Source: a virus
Virus record (IMG/VR): IMGVR_UViG_3300035698_024657
Location: 1 to 64,000 of that record
Direction: 5' to 3' (one strand)
Length of the DNA: 64,000 nt
Under the pieces are notes generated by a model, which was given only the letters and a program-made list of their open reading frames with translations, had not been told where the DNA came from and did not search any database. Shown in pieces: positions 1 through 8,498 of the stretch. Every line of letters begins with the position of its first letter. Within the stretch, counting starts at the first letter, position 1. Made by a program: the position numbers and the translations under genes.

Positions 1-17
1 GTGTCGACACAGACTTA

Positions 18-293
18 ATGCGTAATCCTAATACCCCCGCTGAAGCATACTGTAACTTAGTACAATACGAAACCGAAACAGTTAGAATACAGATAGCAGA
101 ACGTCCTAATATGCACCCTATGGTATTAGTCATCGCAGCAAAAGACAAACAAGCATCAGTACGATACGCAGCGTTAAATAATCCAAATATGCCAAAGCCA
201 CCGCCGAAGCCCCCAAATGCGTACTATAAAAAAATTACTGAAGAATGGGGTATAAGGGCGTGGTTCAACAAACTAAAAAGGTCCCTTAGATGA
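18..293 (+). CDS. LRV/HEAT-like repeat protein (may extend past the window start)
   Basis: Repeated NPNTP/RPNM/NPNMP units with VR..A.. helices typical of leucine-rich-variant repeats. Confidence 0.55.
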   Translation: MRNPNTPAEAYCNLVQYETETVRIQIAERPNMHPMVLVIAAKDKQASVRYAALNNPNMPKPPPKPPNAYYKKITEEWGIRAWFNKLKRSLR

Positions 294-580
294 GTATCAT
301 TACAGATCTTGAAAACAAATGTGCATCGTTACAACAACAAATGCTCGACCTTAAAGGTGAACGCGATCAACTTAAGTCGGATAATATTATCCTACGTCAA
401 CAAGTCGAGGGGCGCGACGAAGCTATAGGGTGGATTAAAGAACATGCAATCGCAATGGATATCATTAGCAATCATAGCCCCGATGACGGTTTTGCTATGG
501 ACATGAGTGTTAAATCATTAGTGAAACGTATAGCCAAACAATCTCAAGCCTTCCTTGAGCGCATAGGAGAAAAATCATGA
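290..580 (+). CDS. hypothetical coiled-coil protein
   Basis: ATGA overlap with upstream gene; heptad-rich N-terminus. Confidence 0.6.
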   Translation: MSIITDLENKCASLQQQMLDLKGERDQLKSDNIILRQQVEGRDEAIGWIKEHAIAMDIISNHSPDDGFAMDMSVKSLVKRIAKQSQAFLERIGEKS

Positions 581-771
581 GTAGGACCATCATCAAGATC
601 TGTAAGAACACCCGTTTAGAAGAAGTAGAAAAGAATGTCAATGATTGGCTCGCAAAAATGCATGAAGACTATCAAGGTGTTGAAGTAGTCAGTATGCGCC
701 AAAGTGTGCTTACGTTCAAGAACGAGATTAATTACATCCTCACAATTTGTGTTAAGTATCGCCAGCCATGA
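577..771 (+). CDS. hypothetical protein
   Basis: GGAG SD; ATGA overlaps on both sides. Confidence 0.6.
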   Translation: MSRTIIKICKNTRLEEVEKNVNDWLAKMHEDYQGVEVVSMRQSVLTFKNEINYILTICVKYRQP

Positions 772-1067
772 TAAATAAAGTAAAGGAAAAGGAAATCCGT
801 ATACAGACGGCATTAGGAAGTCTTGGTGAAGAATACCGTAATCACCTTTGTAGGGGGCAAACGCCCATAACGTCCAAAGGTACAAGAAAATGTATACTTT
901 GCGGATTAAAAAGAATACATAAAGGCGATAAATTTTACCAAGTAAACATGGGCTTATCGGGGTATCTTAAACCTTACATTATCAACATTTGTGAAACATG
1001 TAGTTGGTTACCCCTTCAGACGATTAACGCAATTATAGATAATCATAATAATGGGCTTATAAAATAG
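768..1067 (+). CDS. Zn-finger protein with KExxIQxALG tag
   Basis: KEKEIRIQTALGSL at N-terminus; CILC...CETC pairs. Confidence 0.65.
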   Translation: MINKVKEKEIRIQTALGSLGEEYRNHLCRGQTPITSKGTRKCILCGLKRIHKGDKFYQVNMGLSGYLKPYIINICETCSWLPLQTINAIIDNHNNGLIK

Positions 1068-1077
1068 GATAGACAAG

Positions 1078-2073
1078 ATGCAAGAACTTCCTCCTCTACG
1101 TTCTAGAGATGAATGCGAGAAACAACTAAAAGTGGAACTGGCAGTAGGGGCTATCGACAATATTGATGGCCTAATTACACAGGGCCATGAAACTGCAATT
1201 GAATATGGGTGCCAACTACTCTTAGAAGAGATTAGACTCAAAGTAGCGGCAAGAACAAAATTGAAACCCAACATAGTGCAACACCTATTAAGGGATAGCG
1301 TCCCTAAAATAAGGCTGACTGTAGTAAGTACTAATTGGACAACATTAACACCGGGGCAACAAGAAGTATTCATCGCAGAAACTGCGGAAATATTCAAAGA
1401 AATACCCACACATGTGAAAGACAACGTACACAAAGGGTATTATCGCAGCGGAGAATGTTTCAACGAAGGCATTAGTATGCGTGCATTCGTCATAGAAGAA
1501 GCAATGTACGCCGCAATGGTAGCGCAAGACGAACAAAAAGTTCTAGACTATATTGACATAGTAGGACTAAGTATAGAAAACAATCAAAAGTTTCTACGAG
1601 ACTTAGACGTTTTTGTAAACATGCTCAAAGGTATGCCAAAAGTTTTCCACATGTTCTGGGAGAAAATAGGAAAAACTCGGCGCAACTTTATTCGACTAAT
1701 TTTAGCTCACCCCAATGAAGAGGTACGTCGAAAAGAAATTGAACGTATTTTAGATCCGGCAACACGAAAAGGTGATTTAAGTAACTGGAGAGAGTCAATT
1801 GGGGATGGTGACAGAAGTAGACCCCTCAAAGAAAAAATTCTACATTGCTGGGTAGATGATCCCAGTGTACAAATTAGAAGATACATTGCAGCAAATACGA
1901 CATGTGTTGAGGTACTCCGTAAACTCTCCTGTGATCTATCTACCTCAGTAACTGTGGTGGCCATGCCGAGACTACGAACCTATTCGAAACGAAAGAGCTA
2001 TTCAAAAGGTTACTCACAGATGTACAATGCAAGGAAGAAAGCAAAAAAAGAAGCAGAAGAAAATAATGGGTAA
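1078..2073 (+). CDS. hypothetical protein with C-terminal HEAT/LRV-like repeats and degenerate tag
   Basis: 331 aa; DDPSVQIRRYIAAN..VLRKLSCD repeat; N-terminal EKQLKVELAVGAI. Confidence 0.7.
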   Translation: MQELPPLRSRDECEKQLKVELAVGAIDNIDGLITQGHETAIEYGCQLLLEEIRLKVAARTKLKPNIVQHLLRDSVPKIRLTVVSTNWTTLTPGQQEVFIAETAEIFKEIPTHVKDNVHKGYYRSGECFNEGISMRAFVIEEAMYAAMVAQDEQKVLDYIDIVGLSIENNQKFLRDLDVFVNMLKGMPKVFHMFWEKIGKTRRNFIRLILAHPNEEVRRKEIERILDPATRKGDLSNWRESIGDGDRSRPLKEKILHCWVDDPSVQIRRYIAANTTCVEVLRKLSCDLSTSVTVVAMPRLRTYSKRKSYSKGYSQMYNARKKAKKEAEENNG

Positions 2074-2336
2074 AAATAGCCCGAGGAGCAGTAACCTCTA
2101 TTATATAGGGTAATTATAGAGGCTCTATAACTAATATAGATCCTAATATATTATTATAGATCTTCTGTATATAGTCTTCTGTTCTTAATATAACTGGGAC
2201 TTCGACCATTGGACAATCGAGGTAATTTCCTTGTAACTCGTTGGTAATCAAGAGGACACTAAAAATATTTGACCATTGGACAATTTTTACAAATCTGCTG
2301 AAATCTTGGACACGGTCAAGTACACATTAACATAGG
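2074..2336. repeat. AT-rich intergenic region with direct repeats (origin-like or regulatory)
   Basis: GACCATTGGACAAT at 2204-2217 and 2271-2284; TATAGATC and TCTTCTGT repeats; no ORF. Confidence 0.45.
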
Positions 2337-2576
2337 ATGGATGATATGGACAAAGAAGTACTTGACATGTTTCATGCTCGAATAAATGAAATTATGCAAA
2401 CTCTTGAGGGAGCAAGAGACCAGGTTTCATTGGATGAGTACTTAGAAAGCCCCGCTACAGGTAAGTTGATAGTTCCAAAATTTGACGATGTGTCTTTAGA
2501 GGATCTTCAGCTTGAACTCGACACAGCTTTACAACAATTACAGGATTTTATAAACATAGTCGGTGAACACATATAG
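2337..2576 (+). CDS. hypothetical acidic protein
   Basis: 79 aa ORF on the coding strand. Confidence 0.55.
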   Translation: MDDMDKEVLDMFHARINEIMQTLEGARDQVSLDEYLESPATGKLIVPKFDDVSLEDLQLELDTALQQLQDFINIVGEHI

Positions 2577-2595
2577 TCAAAATAGGTAAGATTTT

Positions 2596-2626
2596 TTGAC
2601 TCTTTTGACTATAACGATTGTATAAT
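2596..2626 (+). promoter_or_regulatory. putative sigma70-like promoter
   Basis: TTGACT (2596) N19 TATAAT (2621) upstream of AAGGA SD and the 2658 ORF; spacer is long. Confidence 0.35.
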
Positions 2627-2657
2627 AAACAGAGCAATAATACTGAAAGGATAAGAC

Positions 2658-2897
2658 ATGCCGGCAACTTCCGAAGAAGCAGTTAAATATATCACAGACT
2701 CCTTGGTTACTGGTGAACTGCTTATGAAAGATGCGTGCAATGCTCTTGGATGGAGTTTTCCAAGAATTCGCTCAAGGGCGTTAACGATAGCCAAAAAGTT
2801 AGATGGTACAATCATAAAAGAGGCGCGCGGTAGGTATCGGCTTGAACCTAATACCACCAACGTACAAATACCATCTACTGATGAGGAAGAGGTTTAA
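2658..2897 (+). CDS. winged-helix DNA-binding protein
   Basis: MKDACNALGWSFPRIR HTH followed by IIKEARGRYRL wing. Confidence 0.55.
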   Translation: MPATSEEAVKYITDSLVTGELLMKDACNALGWSFPRIRSRALTIAKKLDGTIIKEARGRYRLEPNTTNVQIPSTDEEEV

Positions 2898-2899
2898 TT

Positions 2900-3031
2900 G
2901 GGGGTGAATGGTTTCGACAGTTTACTACTAACGCCCTTACGGGCCGTGCAGGTCATACTGGGCGGGTAAGCTGCACGCGGGCCATATCTCCGTCGCTTCC
3001 TACGCATAAAGGAACTATGATATGATAAACT
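2900..3031 (+). ncRNA. ssrA: tmRNA-like gene, 5' part (interrupted; matching 3' end at 3792-3811)
   Basis: GGGGGTGAATGGTTTCGAC tmRNA-type 5' end; AGTTTA/TAAACT helix; hairpins GCCC/GGGC, CGTGCAG/CTGCACG, CATATC/GATATG. Confidence 0.6.
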
Positions 3032-3036
3032 TAATT

Positions 3037-3110
3037 GGGGGTGAATTAGATTCGATTGGAGAATGTTCCTATTTTCCAACACGCCGGTGCGATTCCGGCC
3101 ACCTCCACCA
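3037..3110 (+). ncRNA. ssrA: minimal tmRNA-like RNA, tRNA-like domain only (Ala identity)
   Basis: Acceptor GGGGGTG/CACCTCC with G3.U; unpaired D-loop AATTAGATTCGA; 9-bp stem TTGGAGAAT/ATTTTCCAA; T-arm GCCGG-TGCGATT-CCGGC; encoded ACCA. Confidence 0.8.
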
Positions 3111-3125
3111 ACTGTGGAGTTTATT

Positions 3126-3542
3126 ATGTCATTAGTTGATGCGTACACTGCGGGACTTTTCGATGGCGAAGGAACAGTTACATTATGTAAGAAGCAAGCA
3201 AGAGAATTTCGTGCACCTATAGTGCAGTTGGCTAGTACATCTCTTGAACTGTTAGAATTTCTTAAAGGTGAATATGGCGGCTATATTTCAAAGACAACAA
3301 AAAGAGAAGAACACCATAAACAGGCATGGATATGGTCTTGTATCTATGTGAAGGCAATAAACTTCTTTAAGCGTATCTACCCCTATATTAAGGAGGCTGC
3401 GAAAAGAGAACGGATCAGACTTCTTATCGAAGTGTACCCTCAAATTACTCGACGTAATGGAAAGTATACTGCAGATGAGAAGAAAGTGAAATTAGCTTTT
3501 GAGCGTACATTTTTTGGAGAAAGTAAATCATGGCGGAAATAG
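3126..3542 (+). CDS. LAGLIDADG homing endonuclease (single motif)
   Basis: YTAGLFDGEG motif; GGAG SD before ATG 3126, so the track's 3063 start overlapping the RNA is unlikely. Confidence 0.85.
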   Translation: MSLVDAYTAGLFDGEGTVTLCKKQAREFRAPIVQLASTSLELLEFLKGEYGGYISKTTKREEHHKQAWIWSCIYVKAINFFKRIYPYIKEAAKRERIRLLIEVYPQITRRNGKYTADEKKVKLAFERTFFGESKSWRK

Positions 3543-3793
3543 AAAAAGATAATAGAGGATTTCGACATGCGCCACCACGTACAGATTATGATAATGCCGT
3601 CTATTATGTCAAAGAAAGTAGTTTGGCAACCGATGCTGCAATAAGGTTATTTATTCGCGGCGGACCGCATACTAAAGAATCTGATTTACATTTAACTATT
3701 AGGCAGGCATGGGAACTTATTGATGATATCGCAACTATTTGTATGGCACATTATCAATTAACTAATGATAATTCTCCTGAAGATATATCATAA
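3530..3793 (+). CDS. hypothetical protein
   Basis: GGAG SD; overlaps the endonuclease stop. Confidence 0.6.
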   Translation: MAEIEKDNRGFRHAPPRTDYDNAVYYVKESSLATDAAIRLFIRGGPHTKESDLHLTIRQAWELIDDIATICMAHYQLTNDNSPEDIS

Positions 3794-3811
3794 TTCCCGC
3801 CACCTCCACTA
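3792..3811 (+). repeat. displaced tmRNA 3' end fragment
   Basis: AATTCCCGCCACCTCCACTA resembles the 3' T-arm/acceptor GATTCCGGCCACCTCCACCA at 3091-3110. Confidence 0.7.
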
Positions 3812-3814
3812 AAT

Positions 3815-3997
3815 ATGACACAGAAAGAATTTGATATTCAACGGGCTCTTGGAGTAATTTCAATAGAGTATAAATTAGGTTTTTGTGATTCTTGTAAAAC
3901 ATGCCAGCCCTTCAGAAGAATTACGCCAAATAGCCGTTGGTACATTTGTTCTCCATGTCGCCAAATAGGAAGACATACGTATTTGGCACAGCATTAA
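3815..3997 (+). CDS. Zn-ribbon protein with KEFDIQRALG tag
   Basis: MTQKEFDIQRALGVI; CDSC...CSPC. Confidence 0.65.
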   Translation: MTQKEFDIQRALGVISIEYKLGFCDSCKTCQPFRRITPNSRWYICSPCRQIGRHTYLAQH

Positions 3998-4017
3998 CTA
4001 CGTGAAAGAGTAAACTA

Positions 4018-4224
4018 ATGGCGAGAGTTAGATTACCCAGAATATACAAAATCAATCTTTGTAGCGGCCACGTAGGGTTAATTTATGCTAAGTCGAAACC
4101 GGTGGCAAACAGGAGGGCAATATGTGAGTGGGGAGCAAATGTGAAAAGTGTAGAATCCGCAACTCCTGAAGATGTTGAATGGGTACGTGCTATGGGTGGA
4201 AATGTTCCAGAGATAGAAAGGTAA
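4018..4224 (+). CDS. hypothetical protein
   Basis: Closely packed ORF. Confidence 0.55.
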   Translation: MARVRLPRIYKINLCSGHVGLIYAKSKPVANRRAICEWGANVKSVESATPEDVEWVRAMGGNVPEIER

Positions 4225-4225
4225 T

Positions 4226-4504
4226 ATGCCAATAGATAGTCAAGGTAAGATAAAAGTAAGGGGAGGTTTCACCGTTGATGATGCGTGTGCATTTCTCGAA
4301 ATACTGTGCTCTGCTTCCGATCCTATAGGTGTAGCCGTTGGTGTGGAATCATCGCCTTATGATCTTGCAGCACAATATGGAGGGGACACAAAAGCAGGGA
4401 AAGTTCGCATATGGTTTTACGGCCGTAAAGAAGGTTCGCGAAAAATCACAAAGATCAAGGGAACGTTATATACAATGATAGTTTATAGATTAGCAGGAAG
4501 GTAA
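4226..4504 (+). CDS. hypothetical protein
   Basis: AAGG SD; closely packed ORF. Confidence 0.55.
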   Translation: MPIDSQGKIKVRGGFTVDDACAFLEILCSASDPIGVAVGVESSPYDLAAQYGGDTKAGKVRIWFYGRKEGSRKITKIKGTLYTMIVYRLAGR

Positions 4505-4507
4505 AAG

Positions 4508-4897
4508 ATGACTTACAAAGAACTATTAGTTCAAAATGCTATAGGTACAACAAATGAATACGTCGTACAAATTCAAATACCCCTTAGAGCTGTCTCGACC
4601 TTATCTATAAAGGTTAATGCTATTTCAGAAGAACATGCGGTAGAACAGGCACAGCATCTCTGTGCAATACAATCACATGACGACATATTAACTCAAGCAG
4701 TTGGGGTCATCTCCGCACCCACTCGTCCGCCTATAATGGAGTTTGATGATGAACGTCAGTGGGAATTTGGGGCGGCTGAATGGTTCCCTTCTAAATCAGT
4801 TTCTGAACAATGTGGTAGTCTAACGGGGCGTATAACCCTTTCTGCGAACCCTTGCGAGGAGGTTCCTCGTCTATATAAACCAACAGGTGATAAATAG
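4508..4897 (+). CDS. hypothetical protein with tag
   Basis: MTYKELLVQNAIGTT. Confidence 0.6.
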   Translation: MTYKELLVQNAIGTTNEYVVQIQIPLRAVSTLSIKVNAISEEHAVEQAQHLCAIQSHDDILTQAVGVISAPTRPPIMEFDDERQWEFGAAEWFPSKSVSEQCGSLTGRITLSANPCEEVPRLYKPTGDK

Positions 4898-5178
4898 TGT
4901 CTGATATAGATGATCCTGTAGATAGACGAGATAAAGAAATAAGGGTGCACCTTGCTCTGGGTACATTGGATGTCAACAAATTCTCAGGTAAAGATCTGTT
5001 AGCCGTAAAATGTGTTGATACAATGTTAGCTATTAAACCCATATGGATTGAAAAGCGTCGCAATGATTATGTAGGCAAAAAGGGTTGGGAACATATTATG
5101 TTGGGACGGAGTCTCAACTTTTTCGGAATGCCCAGGGCACTGCGTAATGAAGAAATTCTACGTCAAGAAGAGATATAG
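4897..5178 (+). CDS. hypothetical protein with tag
   Basis: RDKEIRVHLALGTL; GTG start overlapping upstream stop. Confidence 0.6.
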   Translation: MSDIDDPVDRRDKEIRVHLALGTLDVNKFSGKDLLAVKCVDTMLAIKPIWIEKRRNDYVGKKGWEHIMLGRSLNFFGMPRALRNEEILRQEEI

Positions 5179-5304
5179 GGTAGAATTGTTTCGGAAGAAA
5201 CGAGGGAAAAATTAAGGGAAGCAAGGAAAGGCTACAAACATTCTGAAAAGACTAAACAAAAAATGAGTAAGTCGCACAAGAATAGGATAAATAATGGCTT
5301 CTAA
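5179..5304 (+). pseudogene. NUMOD3 homing-endonuclease remnant
   Basis: Reads GRIVSEETREKLREARKGYKHSEKTKQKMSKSHK (two NUMOD3 repeats) with no upstream start codon. Confidence 0.65.
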
Positions 5305-6205
5305 AATAACTGCGCCAATGTTAGCCGCCGCCCTCAAAGATGTAGCGCAATTAGACTTCTCTAAAGGATATTTAGCAACACAGAAGCTCGATGGTATTCG
5401 TGCATTGCTGCGTAACGGTAAACTTGTATCAAGAACCTTCAAAGACATCCGAAATAATCATATTAGGAAAATACTTGAAGAGGTTCTTCCCGAAGGTGCT
5501 GACGGTGAAATTGTTTGCCCAGGAGCATTTCAAGCAACTTCAAGTGGTGTAATGCGGGCAGACGGTAAACCTGAATTCACATACTATATGTTTGACTACG
5601 TTAAACATTCTTTAGATACTCCATACGTAGAACGTACACAACATATGCTCCAGTGGATGGTGGATAGAGGACCGGTATTAGAGCCAGGATTAGCAGTTAT
5701 TCAAATTCTTCTTCCTACAATCATTAAGGACCGCAAACATCTTGATCGATTTGAATCGACCTGCCTCGATGGCGGATTCGAGGGCGTGATCCTTCGTACA
5801 CCAGACAGTCCATATAAGTGTGGTAGATCTACCGCGAAGCAAGAGTGGTTATTGAAATTGAAAAGATTTTCCGATGATGAAGCAACGATCATTGGCTTTG
5901 CGGAGAAAATGCATAACGATAATGTGGCCACTAAAGATGAGCAAGGACATACTGTTAGGTCCGCACACAAGGAAAATAAACGACCTGCAGGAACGTTAGG
6001 TGCATTGATCGTCAAAGATATCAAAACTAAAATCGAATTTGAAGTAGGTACGGGGTTTTCCGACGCGCAGAGGCAAGAAATTTGGGACGACCAAAGTAAG
6101 TGGACTGGTCTTATAATTACCTATCGGCATTTTGAGATTAGTGGCGTTAAGGATAAGCCGCGCTTCTCCGCGTATAAAGGGATAAGGGATAAGGACGATA
6201 TGTAA
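5294..6205 (+). CDS. ATP-dependent DNA ligase (minimal viral type)
   Basis: KLDGIR motif I, DGE, FDY, EGVILR, LLKLK, VGTGFSD, KPRF. Confidence 0.95.
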   Translation: MASKITAPMLAAALKDVAQLDFSKGYLATQKLDGIRALLRNGKLVSRTFKDIRNNHIRKILEEVLPEGADGEIVCPGAFQATSSGVMRADGKPEFTYYMFDYVKHSLDTPYVERTQHMLQWMVDRGPVLEPGLAVIQILLPTIIKDRKHLDRFESTCLDGGFEGVILRTPDSPYKCGRSTAKQEWLLKLKRFSDDEATIIGFAEKMHNDNVATKDEQGHTVRSAHKENKRPAGTLGALIVKDIKTKIEFEVGTGFSDAQRQEIWDDQSKWTGLIITYRHFEISGVKDKPRFSAYKGIRDKDDM

Positions 6206-6630
6206 TGGTATTTGATTGGGATAAAGAACGGGCGGCTATGCTTGAACGTCAACATATTAGGTGTCCTAAATGTAATCGTGTTGAAGATGATTCATGCGAG
6301 CTCGGTGAAGCAGACCTCATTACATACTGGGGCGAAGAAGGTCCTGTAGCGTGGCACTGTCCTAATTGTGAAACTGTCCTTCTGGTAAACGAGATCGTAA
6401 CTCGAGAATATGAAATTAAAGAAGTAGTGACTTCATACTTTGCCGTACAGTACACTGACGAAGAAGGCAACACCTGGTTATCTAATCCTGACATGAGAAA
6501 TACTAAAAGGGAAGACTGCCAGGGTGAGATGTATACGATGATGCAATTATGGAAAGGGCAACCATCTAAATGGTGGGACAAAGTACGTGAAGTGAAGATA
6601 ATAGAAATTGAAGTAGGCGCGCATTTGTGA
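6205..6630 (+). CDS. Zn-ribbon protein
   Basis: CPKC...CPNC. Confidence 0.65.
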   Translation: MVFDWDKERAAMLERQHIRCPKCNRVEDDSCELGEADLITYWGEEGPVAWHCPNCETVLLVNEIVTREYEIKEVVTSYFAVQYTDEEGNTWLSNPDMRNTKREDCQGEMYTMMQLWKGQPSKWWDKVREVKIIEIEVGAHL

Positions 6631-7061
6631 CTCACCATAAACGCCCTCTTAACAATTTTTACAAAGTTCAACCGCCTACACGTATTCACCGCAGTCGGAA
6701 AACACGCAAGTGGAGTGTGATAGACCACGCAAACACGGTTCTTGCTGAAGGTCTTACGAAAGAGATTGCAGAAACATTTATGCAAGCCGTGAACTATTGT
6801 GGTACTGTTGTAGAGTTTACTAAAATGTTTGTAGAGTGGGAACATATAGTAACTTACCGTGAAGATGTCGACGAAAAGGAAAAGGGATTCCGTGAAGAAG
6901 TATACGGAGCAGCACGGGCGTTTTTACTTAGTGTTGGAATGATTGAACCCCCTCCACTATATGTAGATGGTTTTTCTGACTGGGAAACTCAACTAACAAA
7001 AGAGTTATACGCAAACATCAAAGATAGAAACAATAAGAATGGTAATGAGGATAAGGAGTAA
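6627..7061 (+). CDS. hypothetical protein
   Basis: GTGA overlap with upstream gene. Confidence 0.6.
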   Translation: MTHHKRPLNNFYKVQPPTRIHRSRKTRKWSVIDHANTVLAEGLTKEIAETFMQAVNYCGTVVEFTKMFVEWEHIVTYREDVDEKEKGFREEVYGAARAFLLSVGMIEPPPLYVDGFSDWETQLTKELYANIKDRNNKNGNEDKE

Positions 7062-7064
7062 ACT

Positions 7065-7748
7065 GTGAATCTTCTCTGGCATATAATAGTAGAAGCCGAT
7101 ATTCAGGGAGCATCTATTCAGGGGAAAATTTCCTGTCACGCTACTACTAAAGACATGGCTGCGAAACTCGCCAGACAAACCTTTATCAAATATCTCCGTA
7201 ACTCTGGAGTGTGGGCAGGCATAGAAGAAGTTGAGCTACCCGATGAAGAAGATAAAGAGAAGACTATACAAGTTACGCAATACGTTGCACCGTATTGGAA
7301 TCATGTAAAGGTTCTCAAATTTGTTACCCACGGAGACTATTCTTTTACGTACTGTGCAGAAGAACTCGAAAAAAATGCACGAGACCGAAATGGTGTTCCT
7401 GTACCTACCGCAGCTAAAAAGCGACGGACATCTGGAGAAGTTGCTATTGTGAAAAGGAAACAGAAGCAAAAACAACTTGACCATAAAGAAAAGAAGGTAG
7501 AACAGCAACAGAAGGCTGTGACAAATAAACAGAGTAAGGAAGACCTGCTGCGAACAGTTGAGAAACACTTTACGGTAGACACTGCACAGGTAATCAAAGA
7601 GGCTGCGATTGCACTTGATGAAACTTATCAACGTGTACGCTATGCACTATTCCAGATTAGAGATAAAGGATATGATTCTGTAGAATACGCTTTAGAACAA
7701 ACCAAGATCGACGGCAGCACAGCATTTAGGTTGATCAAGAAAGGTTGA
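7065..7748 (+). CDS. protein with C-terminal winged HTH
   Basis: AAGGAG SD; IKEAAIALDETYQRVRYALFQI resembles the C-terminus of ORF 51952-52479. Confidence 0.6.
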   Translation: MNLLWHIIVEADIQGASIQGKISCHATTKDMAAKLARQTFIKYLRNSGVWAGIEEVELPDEEDKEKTIQVTQYVAPYWNHVKVLKFVTHGDYSFTYCAEELEKNARDRNGVPVPTAAKKRRTSGEVAIVKRKQKQKQLDHKEKKVEQQQKAVTNKQSKEDLLRTVEKHFTVDTAQVIKEAAIALDETYQRVRYALFQIRDKGYDSVEYALEQTKIDGSTAFRLIKKG

Positions 7749-7752
7749 TACG

Positions 7753-8127
7753 ATGACGCCACTCCAATACTTGTTGCTCTATCTTAGCCTGAACTTTATA
7801 CTGACAATAATTTGGTTAATTATCCCCTTAAGTGTAAATACAATACGCAAAAACGCTGGCCTTACTCCAAAACTGCGTATTTGGCCGATAGATGACTGTA
7901 TATATCATACGAAAGGCGTGGATACGCTCACAGGCACAGTAGGTGCCTTCTGTGTATCAACTGTAATTGCTACACCATTGTTGATTTCCTGCATAATATA
8001 TCGGGGTCTTCATACGCCCATAAAAAGGGTCTGCAAATATCTTAAAGGTATTATATGGTGGATAGTTACATCAAAAGAGGATAGAGTACAAGTCGCATTA
8101 GGTACAGTACCAGAAGAAGAGGAATAG
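7753..8127 (+). CDS. membrane protein with C-terminal tag
   Basis: Two hydrophobic segments; TSKEDRVQVALGTV; paralog of the next gene. Confidence 0.7.
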   Translation: MTPLQYLLLYLSLNFILTIIWLIIPLSVNTIRKNAGLTPKLRIWPIDDCIYHTKGVDTLTGTVGAFCVSTVIATPLLISCIIYRGLHTPIKRVCKYLKGIIWWIVTSKEDRVQVALGTVPEEEE

Positions 8128-8130
8128 TAT

Positions 8131-8496
8131 ATGACCAATCCTATATTTCATGCAGAGCCGTGGATGATAATTACTTACTTCACAATTAACTGTATCATTT
8201 CTATGATATGGCTAGTTATCCCCGTAATAATAAACGCGAAGCGTCAAGAATATGAACTTCCTGCGGCAATGGTGATCTGGCCGATGCGACCCAAATTCTT
8301 TAGGAACTCTTGGCTAGGTTTAGCAATAAGATGTTTTATATCGGGTACGCTCATCGTGCTTCCTGCTATGTTCATATACATTATAGGCCATACTATTTAT
8401 CTTACTATCAATTGGGTAGCTAACTCATTGGCTTTTACTAAAGAAGATAAAGTACAAATCGCTATAGGCACATTACAGAAAAAGGATACGAAATAG
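8131..8496 (+). CDS. membrane protein with C-terminal tag
   Basis: IWLVIP...IWP shared with 7753; TKEDKVQIAIGTL. Confidence 0.7.
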   Translation: MTNPIFHAEPWMIITYFTINCIISMIWLVIPVIINAKRQEYELPAAMVIWPMRPKFFRNSWLGLAIRCFISGTLIVLPAMFIYIIGHTIYLTINWVANSLAFTKEDKVQIAIGTLQKKDTK

Positions 8497-8498
8497 CT

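Noticed and set aside
3037-3110. Canonical tRNA gene
   Set aside because: No D-stem, and a 9-bp stem with a 6-nt loop instead of an anticodon arm; fits a tmRNA tRNA-like domain better.
2968-3791. Group I intron in the tmRNA T-loop
   Set aside because: No terminal G at the expected 3' splice site and no recognisable catalytic core; the interval is filled by an RNA gene and two ORFs.
6249-6845. Long antisense ORFs in the track (also 1008-1433, 32304-32714, 57387-57815 and similar)
   Set aside because: They are shadows of well-supported genes on the opposite strand and lack SD signals or motifs.
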